Assembly (NCBI GenBank): GCA_951406725.2
Contig: OX597820.1
Location: 27,900,001 to 27,964,000, forward strand
Length of the DNA: 64,000 bases
Origin: Octopus vulgaris
Lineage: Eukaryota
Direction: 5' to 3'
Every line of letters begins with the position of its first letter. Position 1 is the first letter of the stretch. Under the pieces are notes generated by a model. That model saw only the letters and a list, made by a program, of their open reading frames with translations. It was not told the origin of the DNA and made no database searches. The position numbers and the translations under genes are program-made. Shown one piece after another: positions 1-13,521 of this stretch.

Positions 1-390
1 TACTCTTTTACTTGTTTCAGTCATTTGACTGTGGCCATGCTGGAGCACCACCTTTTAGTCGAGCAAATCGACCCCAGGACTTATTCTTTGTAAGCCTAGT
101 ACTTATTCTATCGGTCTCTTTTTGCCGAACCGCTAAGTAACGGGAACATAAACACACCAGCATCGGTTGTCAAGCGATACAGACACACAAACACGCACAC
201 ACACATATATATACATACATACATATATACGACGGGCTTCTTTCAGTTTCCGTCAACCAAATCCACTCACAAGGCTTTGGTCGGCCCGGGGCTATAGTAG
301 AAGACACTTACCCAAGGTGCCACGCAGTGGAAATGAACCCGGTACCATGTGGTTGGTAAGCAAGCTACTTACCACACAGCCACTCCTACG

Positions 391-392
<2 letters not shown>
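1..392 (-). mobile_element. tRNA-derived SINE family A (tRNA head, CORE-like segment, internal microsatellite, CR1-like tail)
   Basis: Minus strand shows A/B-box-like head (GGCTGTGTGGTAAG...GGTTCATTTCC), CACCTTGGGTAAGTGTCTTC, and tail CAGCATGGCCACAGTCAAATGACTGAAACAAGTAAAAGAGTA. Eight copies in the window. Confidence 0.9.
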
Positions 393-428
<36 letters not shown>

Positions 429-1256
429 CAATAAGAGGCTTCCAAATAGGAAAGCGTTGTGCTAGAAAGAGCAGTAGAAATCTCAAGAACACAAAAAAGG
501 ATAAATTCACGAAATCGTTTTTTGTGCTAGGCCACTGGTAATAATAATTTATTATTACCCTATCTTATTACGTATATATATATATATATATTATATGTAA
601 AATTACAAAATGCTTGCCCGCTATGTTAGTGCACTTAAGGACCATTAACTGAAATGCGAATATTTTACTTTCAGTACTATAAATTGTTTCATTCACTAAT
701 AATAGCTTTTAAAGAAAATTTCAGTCAAATATCTCGTACCATGTAATAACAGTATTAGCTATACAATAGTTTACTGGTTTAATAAAACGCAGTATTAAAT
801 AAGTTGGTTTAAACTTTACGGAGGATGAAAGCAAGAATGAAATAAACGGAAATTTCCAAAGAAAATAATCGATAATGTCTTTGATATTTTGAATTTCTAT
901 GATACTTGTGCATGTTTAGCCTATCTTCACATATGCTTTCTTTGTGATTGGTTGATGTTTCGAAATTCCCGAAAGGTCTCAGACACGACTCCTGTAGATT
1001 TCATCTCTTTAAAGTCATGTAGGTTCCAATATCGTATCGAACATTTCAAACGAGTGATACCTAAACATCGAAAGATGAGTAGGAATCAAACGACATCTCT
1101 TATTGATTATGCCTTTAAGAGTCATAGAACATTTTATATAAAGTTGACAGCATATCAGTATATATATATATATATATACTGATATAACTTTAAATAAAAT
1201 GTTATATATTTTAAATAAAATATATATAAAATATATAAAATATATATATATATAAT

Positions 1257-1319
<63 letters not shown>

Positions 1320-1389
1320 TAATATATATATATATGCATATGTATATATATATACGTACGCATATATTTCTTTATGTATAGAGAGAGAG

Positions 1390-1730
1390 CAATAAGAAAA
1401 TGGAGGGGATCAATAGGTGGTATTCATCATCTTTTATATATCAACTTTCATATTATGTCAATTTATTTATTTACTAAAAGGACAATTATAACAATATACA
1501 TACATGTATAACATATTATACTTTACATATATAATATATAAAATATAAAATATCAGTAATTATTAAAATATATAACATAGAGCAATAGGAATTGTGATAA
1601 TATCTTACTGCTGTTTCAGCCAAGAAGCAATAATACATCATTCTACTTTTTACCCCTCCAGTGGTCTAAAGTATTTAGTAAATATAATTGAGGTACTTTG
1701 GTGTGTCTCTAGGTTCCGTCAGACATTTTA
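1390..1730 (-). mobile_element. Solo PLE terminal-repeat (pLTR)-like remnant with degenerate hammerhead motif
   Basis: Minus strand reads CTGACGG-(98 nt)-GAAACAGCAGTA at 1606-1722. AT-rich context resembles 13155-13640. Confidence 0.5.
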
Positions 1731-1945
1731 GAAAGTACATAAGGTTAACTTATAAATATAAATACACACATATATATATATACTTTTACATATACATACA
1801 TATGCATAAATATACATAAATATAAATACACACACATATATAAATACTTTTACATATACATACATATGCATAAATATACATAACTACATATACCTACACT
1901 TAAATGCAAATGCATATGCGTATTTATATGCATACAAACAAATCA

Positions 1946-1982
<37 letters not shown>

Positions 1983-2157
1983 GATGCATTATATTATTCA
2001 TATTAGACAAAATATAAATAGAGGTATGAGAAATTTTTTATAACAGGAGTAATATTATAATTTATAAAATTAATACATCTAAAGATTATTTTAGTTATGT
2101 AAGAATGAAACTATACATGAAGAGTACACATATATATAGACATATACATATACATGC

Positions 2158-2238
<81 letters not shown>

Positions 2239-2611
2239 TATGTATATATATATATATATATATATTTCCGTACAAACAAAATCATCAGCACATACGTATT
2301 TGATGTGTTTAGAGTAGACTGAAATTGATGTGTGAGCGTTTGGACAATCAGATTCTCAAGGAGCCATGACAGCTAAGATTTGTATGTTCGATTCAGGCTG
2401 AGGTTAGCTCATAATTTTTTCGGTCATTTCTTTATATTTAAAAATTGTCACTTTAAAATCGGATATTGAATATCTTTATGATATATGTTATATACACTTA
2501 TTGTACATTTATTGTACTATGAAACTTCCATTGTAGCTTTCTTTCCGAAACTCGCAAAGCCTTTCAAGATTTTTTTAATAAAAATATTATGTATATATAT
2601 ATACATATACA

Positions 2612-2671
<60 letters not shown>

Positions 2672-2706
2672 GGTATATATATATATATATATATACCTAT
2701 AGACAT

Positions 2707-2920
2707 AGGCGCACGATAGGTTGGTTAGTACGTAGCTTGCTTACCAACCACATGGTTCCGGGTTCATTCCCATTGCGTGGCACCTTGGTCAACTGTCTTC
2801 TACTATAGCTTCAGGCCGACCAAAGCCTTGTGGGTAGATTTGGTAGATGGAAACTGATGAAAGAAGCCCGTCCTATATATGTATATATATACGCACACAC
2901 ACACACATATATATATATAT

Positions 2921-2959
<39 letters not shown>

Positions 2960-3202
2960 TGTGTGTATGTATGTATGTGTGTGTATATGTTTGTGCGTCT
3001 GTTTGATCCCCCAATATTGCTCGACAGCAGATACTGGTGTGTTTATATCCCCGTTACTTAGCGGTTCGGAAAAAAGTGACGATAGAATAAGTACTAAGCT
3101 TCCAAAAAATAAGTCCTGGGGGCGATTTTCTCGACTAAAGGTGTTGCTCCAGCATGGCCGCAGTCAAATGACTGAAACAAGTAAAAAAAAAGTAAAAGAG
3201 TA
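2707..3202 (+). mobile_element. SINE family A, full length
   Basis: Colinear with the other family A copies from head to GTAAAAGAGTA tail. Confidence 0.9.
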
Positions 3203-4011
3203 AGACTTTTTGTATAATTGTTTAAATATCCATTTTTGTAGCCTTCCTCATTTGTTCTACCTGTGCCTTTCTTTGTTCTACGCGTATGCTGACTGATTTT
3301 TAATTTGCATTTTGCATTCATAAATCTTCCATAATACATCTCATTTTATGTGGCGTTCTAAATATAATGCAAGTACTGTTAGCCATTATTGTTGATTTTT
3401 ACTTATCTAAATATATTTCTCTGACTGCATTATAATGCGTTGCAAACGCTTTTCATAACTGCATAATCAACTAACAAGAATCTCACCGGACAGTGGGCTT
3501 CATGTATAACTTTCAGGTATGAATGTCGCATATTTAATGATTACGGTGTAAACTACATTTGTTTGTTGGAGTTCTTTCTATGGTTTACATATTTTGGATT
3601 CAATCTGAATACGAAGATTTTTCTTTCTAGTGTTTTGGAAATATATTCCCACAATGATCTCATTGAAAAATCGATACACGTTTCCTTCTGTTTTATACTG
3701 TTTAAAAGTTATTCATTCCGTATTTATCTGGGGTGCTTTAGTTTCAGGTAGCATAATATTTACATGCTTACTAAATGCATGATGTATATGCATGAAACTG
3801 AATATTATCTTGCTGCTTTTTTATTGGATCGGTGTAATTGTATATGCTTAAAAGCTTGGAGCTAAGTCATCTGGTCTACTGGGTAGCTAATGTTAACTGA
3901 TAATTTTTCTCCTCAAATATTAATCATTCAATTTCTCTTTTGTGGACAAAAATATTAAAATTCATCTAAGATATTTTCTACTTATTGAAAAATGCAAACT
4001 TTTCATGCACG

Positions 4012-4830
4012 TACAAGGCACATCCTAGAAATTTTGAGACTTCTCCAAGAGAGACATTACTTAATTTCAAAGGAGTACTAATCTCTAACCACCTTCAAAG
4101 TAGGATCCTAGGACGTCAATGAGATAAATGTAGCAGTACATTTCCAAGGCCCCTTGGAAATTCTCCAAATGAAGTGTCCAGGATCCTTTTCAGAGCCTCC
4201 TTTATCTTCTTCATTTCGGGAAAGAATAAAAAATCACAAGGAGCATGGCCTGAACTGTAGGGAGGGTTATGAGCAGTTTTGATGCCCCTCCCTGTCAAGT
4301 TTCTTGTTATTAGGATAGACTGTGGACCGCTGCATTGCCCTGGTGCAGGTGCTCTGGCCTTTTGTGATGAAATCTCTTCTTGAATCCCTTTAAATTCTCT
4401 ACAAATTAATTTGATCATCTGGGTAGAGAAAACCTAGTGAATGTAGATGATGTCCTTGGAGCCAAAGAATGGGTTCATCATATACTTTTCAATGGAGTTC
4501 CTTTGTCTCACCTCTTGTGCCACAGGACAAACAAATTTTCGGCTCATCTAAGCAAATGTATAATTAGTCTGGAGCAGTCCAAACGTTTCTGGAGCGCTTT
4601 TGCTCAATTTTACCCCAAAACCATATTATCTTCACGTCGCAAATTACATTCTACAAACTTGTCAGCTGTGACAAGCAGTGTTTTGCATGGTGTGTTTAAT
4701 GTACTGTTACAGCCGTCCCCTTCGATCCGGAATAACAAAATTTTGAAACTTCAGCTTACTGGAAGGCGTAGCAATGATATTCTGAAATTACAATGATCTA
4801 GGACAGTTATAACAGCCTCTGCTAGAAAGT
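4012..4830 (-). mobile_element. Degenerate mariner transposase remnant
   Basis: HNPPYSSGHAPCDFLFFPEMKK resembles the mariner HPPYSPDLAPxDF motif. TIR-like end at about 4012-4041. Confidence 0.7.
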
Positions 4831-4920
4831 AGGTTTACCAAGTTTGGAATGCTCCTCCGGAATTTTTATGATTGTTTTGCATTTTATGCATACTGGGGTA
4901 CCATCTGTGTTGTCCGCTAT

Positions 4921-5125
4921 TACTCTTTAGTCTTTTACTTGTTTCAGTCATTTGACTGTGGCCATGCTGGTGCACCGCCTTTAGTCGTGCAAATCGACCC
5001 CAGGACTTAATCTTTGTAAGCGTAGTACTTATTATATCGGTCTCTTTTGCTGAACCCCTAAGTTACGGGGACGTAAACACACCAGCATCGGTTGTCAAAC
5101 GATATTCGGGGAACAAACACAGACA

Positions 5126-5209
<84 letters not shown>

Positions 5210-5381
5210 CATATATACGACGGGCTTCTGTCAGTTTTCGTCTACCAAATCCACTCACAAGGCTTTCATCAGCCTGAGGCTATAGTAGAAGACACTTGCC
5301 CGAGATTGCACGCAGTGGGACTGAACCCGCAACCATGTGGTTGGTAAGCAAGCTACTTACCACACAGCCACTCCTGCGCCT
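4921..5381 (-). mobile_element. SINE family A, full length
   Basis: Close match to 1-392 and 2707-3202. Confidence 0.9.
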
Positions 5382-5702
5382 ATTCCACGTTAATATCTAA
5401 AATTGGATACAACAGGAATTAATATATTCTTGAATTATTCTATAGCTTCGAGCTTGATCGTCTTAACCGTTCAAGTACGTGACACTAACTTATATTTCTT
5501 ACGCACGAAAAATTTTCCTTAACTTTCCTTTAGTTGAAGAGAATTTCAAATTTCATTCAGAAAGATATAAAGCATCATATACTTTGCATCTATGGAGATA
5601 CGCAGTATGTTGTAGCATTTATTGACATTGACGCTGCATCCCGATTTGTGTAACCAGGTGGAATTTTAAATTTTATTCACTATTCCGATATTTATAGCAC
5701 AA

Positions 5703-5935
5703 AAGGCGGCGAGCTGGCAGAACCGTTAGCACGCCGGGCGAAATGCGTAGCTGTATTTCGTCTGCCGTTACGTTCTGAGTTCAAATTCCGCCGAGGTCGA
5801 CTTTGCCTTTCATCCATTCGGGGTCGATAAATTAAGTACCAGTTACGCACTGGGGTCGATGTAACCGACTTAATCCGTTTGTCTGTCCTTGTTTGTCTCC
5901 TCTGTGTCTATCCCCTTGTGGGTAATAAAGAAACG
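5703..5935 (+). mobile_element. tRNA-derived SINE family B (Deu/Nin-like central domain) with 16-bp TSD
   Basis: Head GGCGGCGAGCTGGCAGAA...GAGTTCAAATTCC, central GCCTTTCATCCATTCGGGGTCGATAAATTAAGTACC. TSD GATATTTATAGCACAA at 5687-5702 and 5936-5951. Confidence 0.92.
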
Positions 5936-6448
5936 GATATTTATAGCACAAGATGGGATGGATGTGTTTTTGGCGTTATGCTACGGATGCTGTGAATTTG
6001 AAATTATACGATAATTATTTACAAGATCATATTTAAGTATAACTATGTTTTTTAGTATTTGCACACAATACATATGTCATCGACGTAACTGTTATAAATA
6101 ACGTAGCGGTCACGTTTAGCCATAGCATTTTTGTTCATAGGATATATAAACCTCTACGGAGACACGCCGTTTGTCAATACTTCCCTTGAGTATATAGTTT
6201 GCTCTGTGGACAATGGAAGGGGAACTCGTGTATGTAGACCAAGAGAAATGCTTGAAGATGCCTGTTACATATATTTATCTTGGCATAATTTGGGTGTTTA
6301 TAGAAATATGTGAATATATCTTGTTGCACGTGTATATGCCTCATTATTCCGTTGACCGGAAAGTTATGAAATATTTTTGCAAAACTATGCTGGAAATATT
6401 ACTAAGTTGTCGCTTGGCTGTTGAGATTCATCTCGGCATCATATCCTA

Positions 6449-6533
<85 letters not shown>

Positions 6534-6604
6534 GGGGGTATAACTCCAAACTTACAGGGAAAAATTCAAATTAGTATTAAATCAAATTTCACAATATAAA
6601 TATA

Positions 6605-6816
6605 ATATATAAATTAGAGAAAAACTACTATTATGTAATTCAAACAATGACAGACATAAACCAAATCATATAGAAAAATAAAATAAAATAAAATATTATA
6701 AATTAATATAACATCTAGTTATATGTTTTAAAAATATTTTATTTTTTATTTATGATTTGGTTTATGTCTATCATTGTTTGAATTACATAATAGTGGTTTT
6801 TCTCTAATTTATATAT
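6605..6816. repeat. Fold-back inverted repeat (about 80-bp arms)
   Basis: 6605-6685 is the reverse complement of 6735-6816 with few mismatches. A related solo arm lies at about 8261-8330. Confidence 0.85.
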
Positions 6817-7210
6817 ATATATTATTAATATTAGGGAAGTTACCTATCTTAAACCTATATATATGTATTGAACGGAAAATATATGGATCTAACTAGTCTG
6901 GTGGTATCACAACAAAACTAAACTCCTAAATGGATCAGGCTACTAACCACATAGTAAACCAAAACATAAGAAAGGGATGTAATGTATAGTCTGATACAGT
7001 TGAAATTCCGTAAATTCAACTAGTAGTGATTACTACAAGAGGAGTGTAAAAAGTATCAAGAAAGAGAGGAGGTAAAAGACGAAACTATTTTTTCACCAAT
7101 TGACATCCATACAACGAGGATATATTTCGTAACCTTCATGATAGAGAAACAATTTATTTTATCGCATGATAAATAAATAAATTACTTTACATGGCTGCAT
7201 TACTATGCAT

Positions 7211-7440
7211 GTGGATGCGTGTGGTCTAGTGGTTAGGGTGTTGAACTCATGATCGTAAGGTTGTGGTTTCGATCCCTGGACCGGGCGATGCGTTGTGTTC
7301 TTGAGCAAAACACTCACCTGGCAAAAATGAGTAATCCTGCGACGGACCGACATCTCGTCCAGGTGGGGAATTTCAACGCCGATGAAACCGGGAAACAGGC
7401 CCTTATGATCCTGCCATGGCTCGAGAAGGAACACCTTATT
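7211..7440 (+). mobile_element. tRNA-derived SINE family C, internally deleted
   Basis: GTGGTCTAGTGGTTAGGG...GGTTTCGATCCC head; shares GCGTTGTGTTCTTGAGCAAAACAC with 11030, 24729 and 29641. Confidence 0.85.
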
Positions 7441-8162
7441 ACAATGCATAATATAAATTATGTAATTCGGTTGTATAATCTATAAATTCATACAGGTGTA
7501 AAAATTTGCTCAGCAGGTAAAAATATCTATATACATATACAAGTATATGTGTGTGTGTGTACGTAATTCTTCATGATAGTTTCCATTCAGTTAAATATTC
7601 TATGAATGTATGCATTGATTTTGCAACATTTGAATCGAATTTATCACTTCTTTTGTTCGTGTACCTACCTATTGCCATAAAAGTATGCAGGGCCGGATGT
7701 TCTTTTCTTATATTGCACAGTGATCGATCTATTTCGGAATTGTCAGTACTAATTAGTAAGAAATTCTTTTTAACTTGCGCACTATTTTCTTTTCTAATGT
7801 TAAAGAATTTACAGTTATTGTGTAACATATCTAATTTTGTAAAGAACTGTTCATTTATATGTTAATAACCATTGACACCCACCGCTTATAGAAATTAGAA
7901 TATTCGCTTTGTTTTATAGGTATTGCAGAGTTAGCTCCAGACACCTCAGTATGTTTATTCCGAGTATATATTACTGTTTATTGCTTTCAGACTTGACGAG
8001 GAGACATTTCCAAGTGTGAAAGTAATAAATAAACAGAAAAAAAACAAGAACGGGTGTCACATGAATTTTGACCTAACATTACACGACAGAACTGCGTAGC
8101 GTAAAACTACACATTTCTTCTACAGGGTAACAAGAACTTCCTCAATCTATAATCAAACACTC

Positions 8163-8194
<32 letters not shown>

Positions 8195-8228
8195 GTAAAT
8201 ATATATATATATTTCATATATATATATG

Positions 8229-8260
<32 letters not shown>

Positions 8261-8498
8261 ATATTAAATTAAAACCACTATTAGGCAAATCAAACAATGA
8301 AAAACATAAGCCAATACATAAAATTAATTAATTTATATTATTTTAAATATATATCAAAACTATTAAAAGTTTAATAAAAGATAACAAAGCGAATATTCTA
8401 ATTTCTATAAGCGGTGGGTGTCAATGGTTATTAACATATAAATAAACAATTCTTTACAAAATATATATGTATGTATATATATACATATATATATATAC

Positions 8499-8610
<112 letters not shown>

Positions 8611-8796
8611 AAGAGACCAAAGTGTGCGTACGCTGCTGTATATATATATTCTTTTATATTTATATAATACAAAATGGAACAAGAACGCAAAACATCCGAA
8701 AAGTTAGATGATACAAATATGAGACAACAAAACATCCAGATAGGGGATAACTTCGAATGTCCCGTCCTTGTTTTCTTTGTACCGTCTATCTTGATG

Positions 8797-10644
8797 TGCG
8801 AAAAACTGATAACAGCCGAGGATATACGGGACCCGATGACAGGCTGCGCAAGAGAGACCTCTCCAGGGCAGGATGGTCTGCATTTCAAGCTTTATTTCAT
8901 ATGCTAAACTTTTTGGGTAGTGTCTTGGAAGACATCTAAGACAACTGTCAGCAGAACCAGAGAATTCCCAGTGCGGTGAGCCGTGGAGTGGTGGTGCTGT
9001 TGAGAAAGGACACGTACAAGGGGAAAAATGATAATATTAGGGCTATAACTCTGCTGAATGTAGATTTTGGGCAAGGTGTTAACTAAGAGTTTGGCATTTG
9101 TCGCCGATAAATTGGTGAGGGACGCGTAAACATGCGCTATCTCAAACAGAACTATCCACGACATCCTCCACCTCACGTTCTACATCATAGACAGGGTGAG
9201 TAAGGAACCTGGGATAGGTGGGATCTTAATCCATTTGGATCAATCGAGAGCTTTTGATAGGATCGACCAGCAACAACACGAAGGCTGTTCTCGCGGCAGC
9301 GGGTTTCGGTCCCGTTTTCAGAGGCCGGATTGCTGCAATCTACAGCGACATTTGTTCGGTGATCAAAGTAAATGGCCACCAATCGGAATCGTTTAGCATT
9401 GCTCGTTCGGTCTGTCAAGGATGCCCACTCTCCCCTGTGCTTTATGTACTGGCTCTCGAGCTATTGCTCTGGAAGTTTGATGTTTTGTGGTACATCCCGC
9501 GTGATCTAGGATGCGAAATGTTCGTGTATGCTTACGCGGACGACGTCACTGTAATAGTGCCGGACATCTCGGAAATCGAGTTGGTTGGCATTGCTCTAAA
9601 GGAGAACGAATCGGTGACAGAAGCAGAGATCAACCAAGTCGCTGGGCTTGCAACTCGGCACCTGGAGAGGCAGGGCCATGCCAACCTGTGCATTGTAGGG
9701 TGCTGGGGGATCTGGTTTGGTCAAGACCTCCAAGAGGACAAGAACTGGGAGGATGTGACGAGCAGGATAGCCAATCTCACCTAGAAATGGGCAGAAAGGA
9801 AGTTGTCTCTGAAGGGTCGGGCGGAGGTGGAAAATGCATATATCGCTTCCTCCATCTACTACTCCCTGAACGTCGTCCCTTTCCCCACTCCGTGCCTGAT
9901 AAATTTGGACCGCTTTCTTTTCCAATTTCTATGGAAAACGTTCCGCTCGTAAGACGGCCCATCTCCTATCAATAGCCGTTGAGTGGAGGACTGCGCATGT
10001 TGTGGCTAATGTTGCACAGACATGCACTGAGGCTGCGATATCTCCAGCGTTTCCTTAACGGTGAGCAGGTGTGGTCAAACAGCTGTTGTTATGCGTTGAA
10101 CAGATCCGGTTATCAGCCGAGACCATTCTGAGTATCGCCTCGACAACTACTTTTGGCCGGGAGGGAAAGGCAGTCTTCATCTACCTGGTGGCTATAACAA
10201 GAGAGGTAGTGTGATGAACGAATCTGAAAGGAGTGAAAACTGACACTTTCCTTTTCGGCTGGGCTCTCATCGACTTTTTCAAGTTCCACTGCAAAAGGTA
10301 GGTGAGGGTAGAGAGGGAAGTACTGCTCCTCCCCCCTTAGTAATTTTGTTGAAAACTGGGTGAATGTTGTGAAAATGACTCATGTGAATGTGCCTACTCT
10401 GAATATTCGTCTGTAAGCCGGAGCAGTTTAGAGGAAAATGGGTGCCTACTTGGCGTGCCTTTGGCACTCGGTGTGACCAGGATGCGTAAGGTAACTTGGT
10501 TGGCCCTGGTTGGAATTCTCCTTAATTTTCTAAACTGTTTTTGTTTTTTATTTACATGTTTTCTGTTTTAAACCCCACTTGTCTCTTGTTTTGTATTGTC
10601 CCATTATGTCTTTGTATTCGGCCCTTGTGGCCAGTAAAGAAAGG
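8797..10644 (+). mobile_element. Degenerate L1/Tx1-clade LINE (RT region to 3' tail), multiple frameshifts
   Basis: Fragments SPGQDGL, RAITLLNVDF, HLDQSRAFDRI, QGCPLSPVLY, AYADDVT, RKLSLKGRA. Ends GCCCTTGTGGCCAGTAAAGAAAGG before (ATT)n. Confidence 0.88.
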
Positions 10645-10658
10645 ATTATTATCATTAC

Positions 10659-10723
<65 letters not shown>

Positions 10724-10724
10724 G

Positions 10725-11013
10725 AAGCAAAAAAAGAAGAGTGCCATTGTTATCAATTGAACGATATTTCGGCATCTAGTGTGCCTTCCACAGGTTCAAA
10801 AAATAAACTTGTCAATCTACTTCATTTTGGGTAATATTTTATAGGATTGAGGTAACTCTTCCAGTAAGTAGACAGAAAGAAAAAAAATCCTATAAAATAT
10901 TACCAAAAATGAAGTAGATTGACAAGTTTATTTTTTGAACCTGCGGAAAGCACACTCGATGCCGAAGAATCGTTCACTTGATAACAATGGCACTCTTCTT
11001 TTCTTTTTTGCTT
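10725..11013. repeat. Inverted repeat, about 125-bp arms and 38-bp spacer
   Basis: 10725-10848 is the reverse complement of 10886-11013. Confidence 0.9.
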
Positions 11014-11029
11014 TGTATACCTACTGGAG

Positions 11030-11301
11030 TGGAGGCGCGTGGCTTAGTAGTTAGGGTGTCAGCATCATGATCGTAAGATTGTGGTTTCGATTCCTGGACC
11101 GGGCGACGCGTTGTGTTCTTGAGCAAAACGCTTCATTTCATGTTGCTCCAGTCCACTCAGCTGGCAAAAATGAGTAACGCTGCGATGGACTGGCGTCCAA
11201 TCCAATAGGGGAATACATAGGCCATTGAAACCGGGAAACCGGGAAACCGGGCCCATGAGCCTGGCTAGGCTTTAAAAGGGCGCATTTATTTTTTATATAT
11301 T
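11030..11301 (+). mobile_element. SINE family C with 14-bp TSD
   Basis: TSD TATACCTACTGGAG at 11016-11029 and 11302-11315. Confidence 0.9.
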
Positions 11302-11337
11302 TATACCTACTGGAGGAGTTACTTCAATCCTATAAAA

Positions 11338-11470
11338 TATTATTATTATTATTATTAGTAGTAGTAGTAGTAGTAGTAGCAGCAGCAGCAGTAGCAGTAG
11401 TAGTAGTAGTAGTCGCAGCAGCAGCAGTAGCAGCAGCAGTAGTAGTAGTAGTAGCAGCAGCAGCAGTAGC

Positions 11471-11528
<58 letters not shown>

Positions 11529-11530
11529 AT
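11338..11530. repeat. Compound trinucleotide microsatellite (ATT)n-(AGT/AGC)n
   Basis: Read directly from the sequence. Confidence 0.95.
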
Positions 11531-12144
11531 ATAATTGTTGATTCTATTAGTGTTAATGAAAGAGTATTATACACGGTAACAGTAGCAAAAATATACACAA
11601 TAAAAATATACACAGGAAATATGTTCGAAAAACAAATGGTTGAAATAAAAGATTTTCTTAATTGAAACCGACACAGCATTAAAATAGCGACGGCAATCTA
11701 AATTATATTTCATTTAAGTGAATAACAGTAAATTTTAAATTTGTTTTCAAGACATTTCATGTCAGTCAAGAAAATCGATTGAGAACAAATAACAACAAAA
11801 TTGGAATAAGAAATGGCTGACACAGCAGGGTTTGAATTCCGTTCATACTAACGATAAACTAATACGAAGAACAATGCTTCGCAACATTAGTACTTAACCA
11901 AATCATATTTAATAGAATGAAACGTTTTATGAGAAGAACAGGTTAAAACTGCTATACAATCATATTACTCATATAATGTTTAACGCTTTGCTTAGTTTTT
12001 ATGAATTATTTTATGTCGTGTGTTTCGATATACAATCGAAGAATGAACGTTTTATGCAGAACTAATAAATATCATTAATTATATGGAGTTATAATCATAT
12101 ATATTTGTAAAAGTCTCTAGTACAATATATATGTATATAACTCG

Positions 12145-12189
<45 letters not shown>

Positions 12190-12375
12190 CGTAAATGTGT
12201 AAAACGAGGAAATGAGTGCTCAACATCGCGTTGGCTGATATGTAATTTCTTTATTTGTGATCTAAGACTACCTTTGGTTTCATATTCAGATGAGTAGGAA
12301 AATATCCTAATGTTTTCCTGCTCTTCTTGACATGAAACCAATTATGGCCTTAATTCACAAATGAAAAAATGCATA

Positions 12376-12478
<103 letters not shown>

Positions 12479-12524
12479 TATATATATAATATATATATAT
12501 ATATAATATATATATATATATATG

Positions 12525-12563
<39 letters not shown>

Positions 12564-12793
12564 AGTCGGCGAGCTGGCAGAAACGTTAGCGCGCCAGGCG
12601 AAATGCTTAGCAGTATTTCGTCTGCGGCTACGTTCTGAGTTCAAATTCCGCCGAGGTCGACTTTGCCTTTCATCCTTTCGGGGTCGATTAAATAAGTACC
12701 AGTTTCGCACTGAGGTCGATGTAATCGATTTAATCCCTTTGTCTGTCCTTGTTTGTCCCCTCTATGTTTAGCCCCTGGTGGGAAATAAAGAAA
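12564..12793 (+). mobile_element. SINE family B within a (TA)n tract
   Basis: Matches 5703-5935. Confidence 0.9.
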
Positions 12794-12914
12794 TATATAT
12801 ATATATATAATGATAATAATGTACTTAATTGAAACCGACACAGCATTAACATTTTCTACATCGTATAATTTAATTTTTCATTATTGAATTGATAAAAAGT
12901 GTTTTTTTTTTCTA

Positions 12915-13017
<103 letters not shown>

Positions 13018-13124
13018 TGTGTGTATACATTATAACTGTTTAAAACCGTTATAAATCTATATATCTCTATCGCTCTCTCACTCTATCTATCTGCCTATCT
13101 ATCCATCTCTCTCTCTCTCTCTCT

Positions 13125-13158
<34 letters not shown>

Positions 13159-13521
13159 GAGATAGGGGTTGAAAATTCAACCCACCATGGGATAATATAT
13201 ATCCAATATACTGCTAGATAGGTACCCAACAAAATGAATACATAGATGTTAAAAATTGTCAAGCAATCAGTTCATCTATTGTATTAAATGGGTAAAGATA
13301 ATAATATTACCGTAAATTAATACTACAAAATTAGAGAATGGAGAAACATACTTAAATCAGTAAAACATCAACTATCCGATGATACTCAATCCATACTTTA
13401 ATACACCATTACATATGAGTAAAGGCAATATATAAAATGAAATGAGATATACAGTAATAGTAAAAGTAAAAAGATAAAGAGATATAAGTAAAAAATTTCA
13501 AATATAATATGCAAATAAATC

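Noticed and set aside
5703-5795. tRNA-like sequences at SINE heads
   Set aside because: Only A/B boxes; they continue into SINE bodies with TSDs and give no complete cloverleaf.
7920-8100. Two possible small exons
   Set aside because: Implied intron is only about 41 nt and the peptide is unrecognisable.
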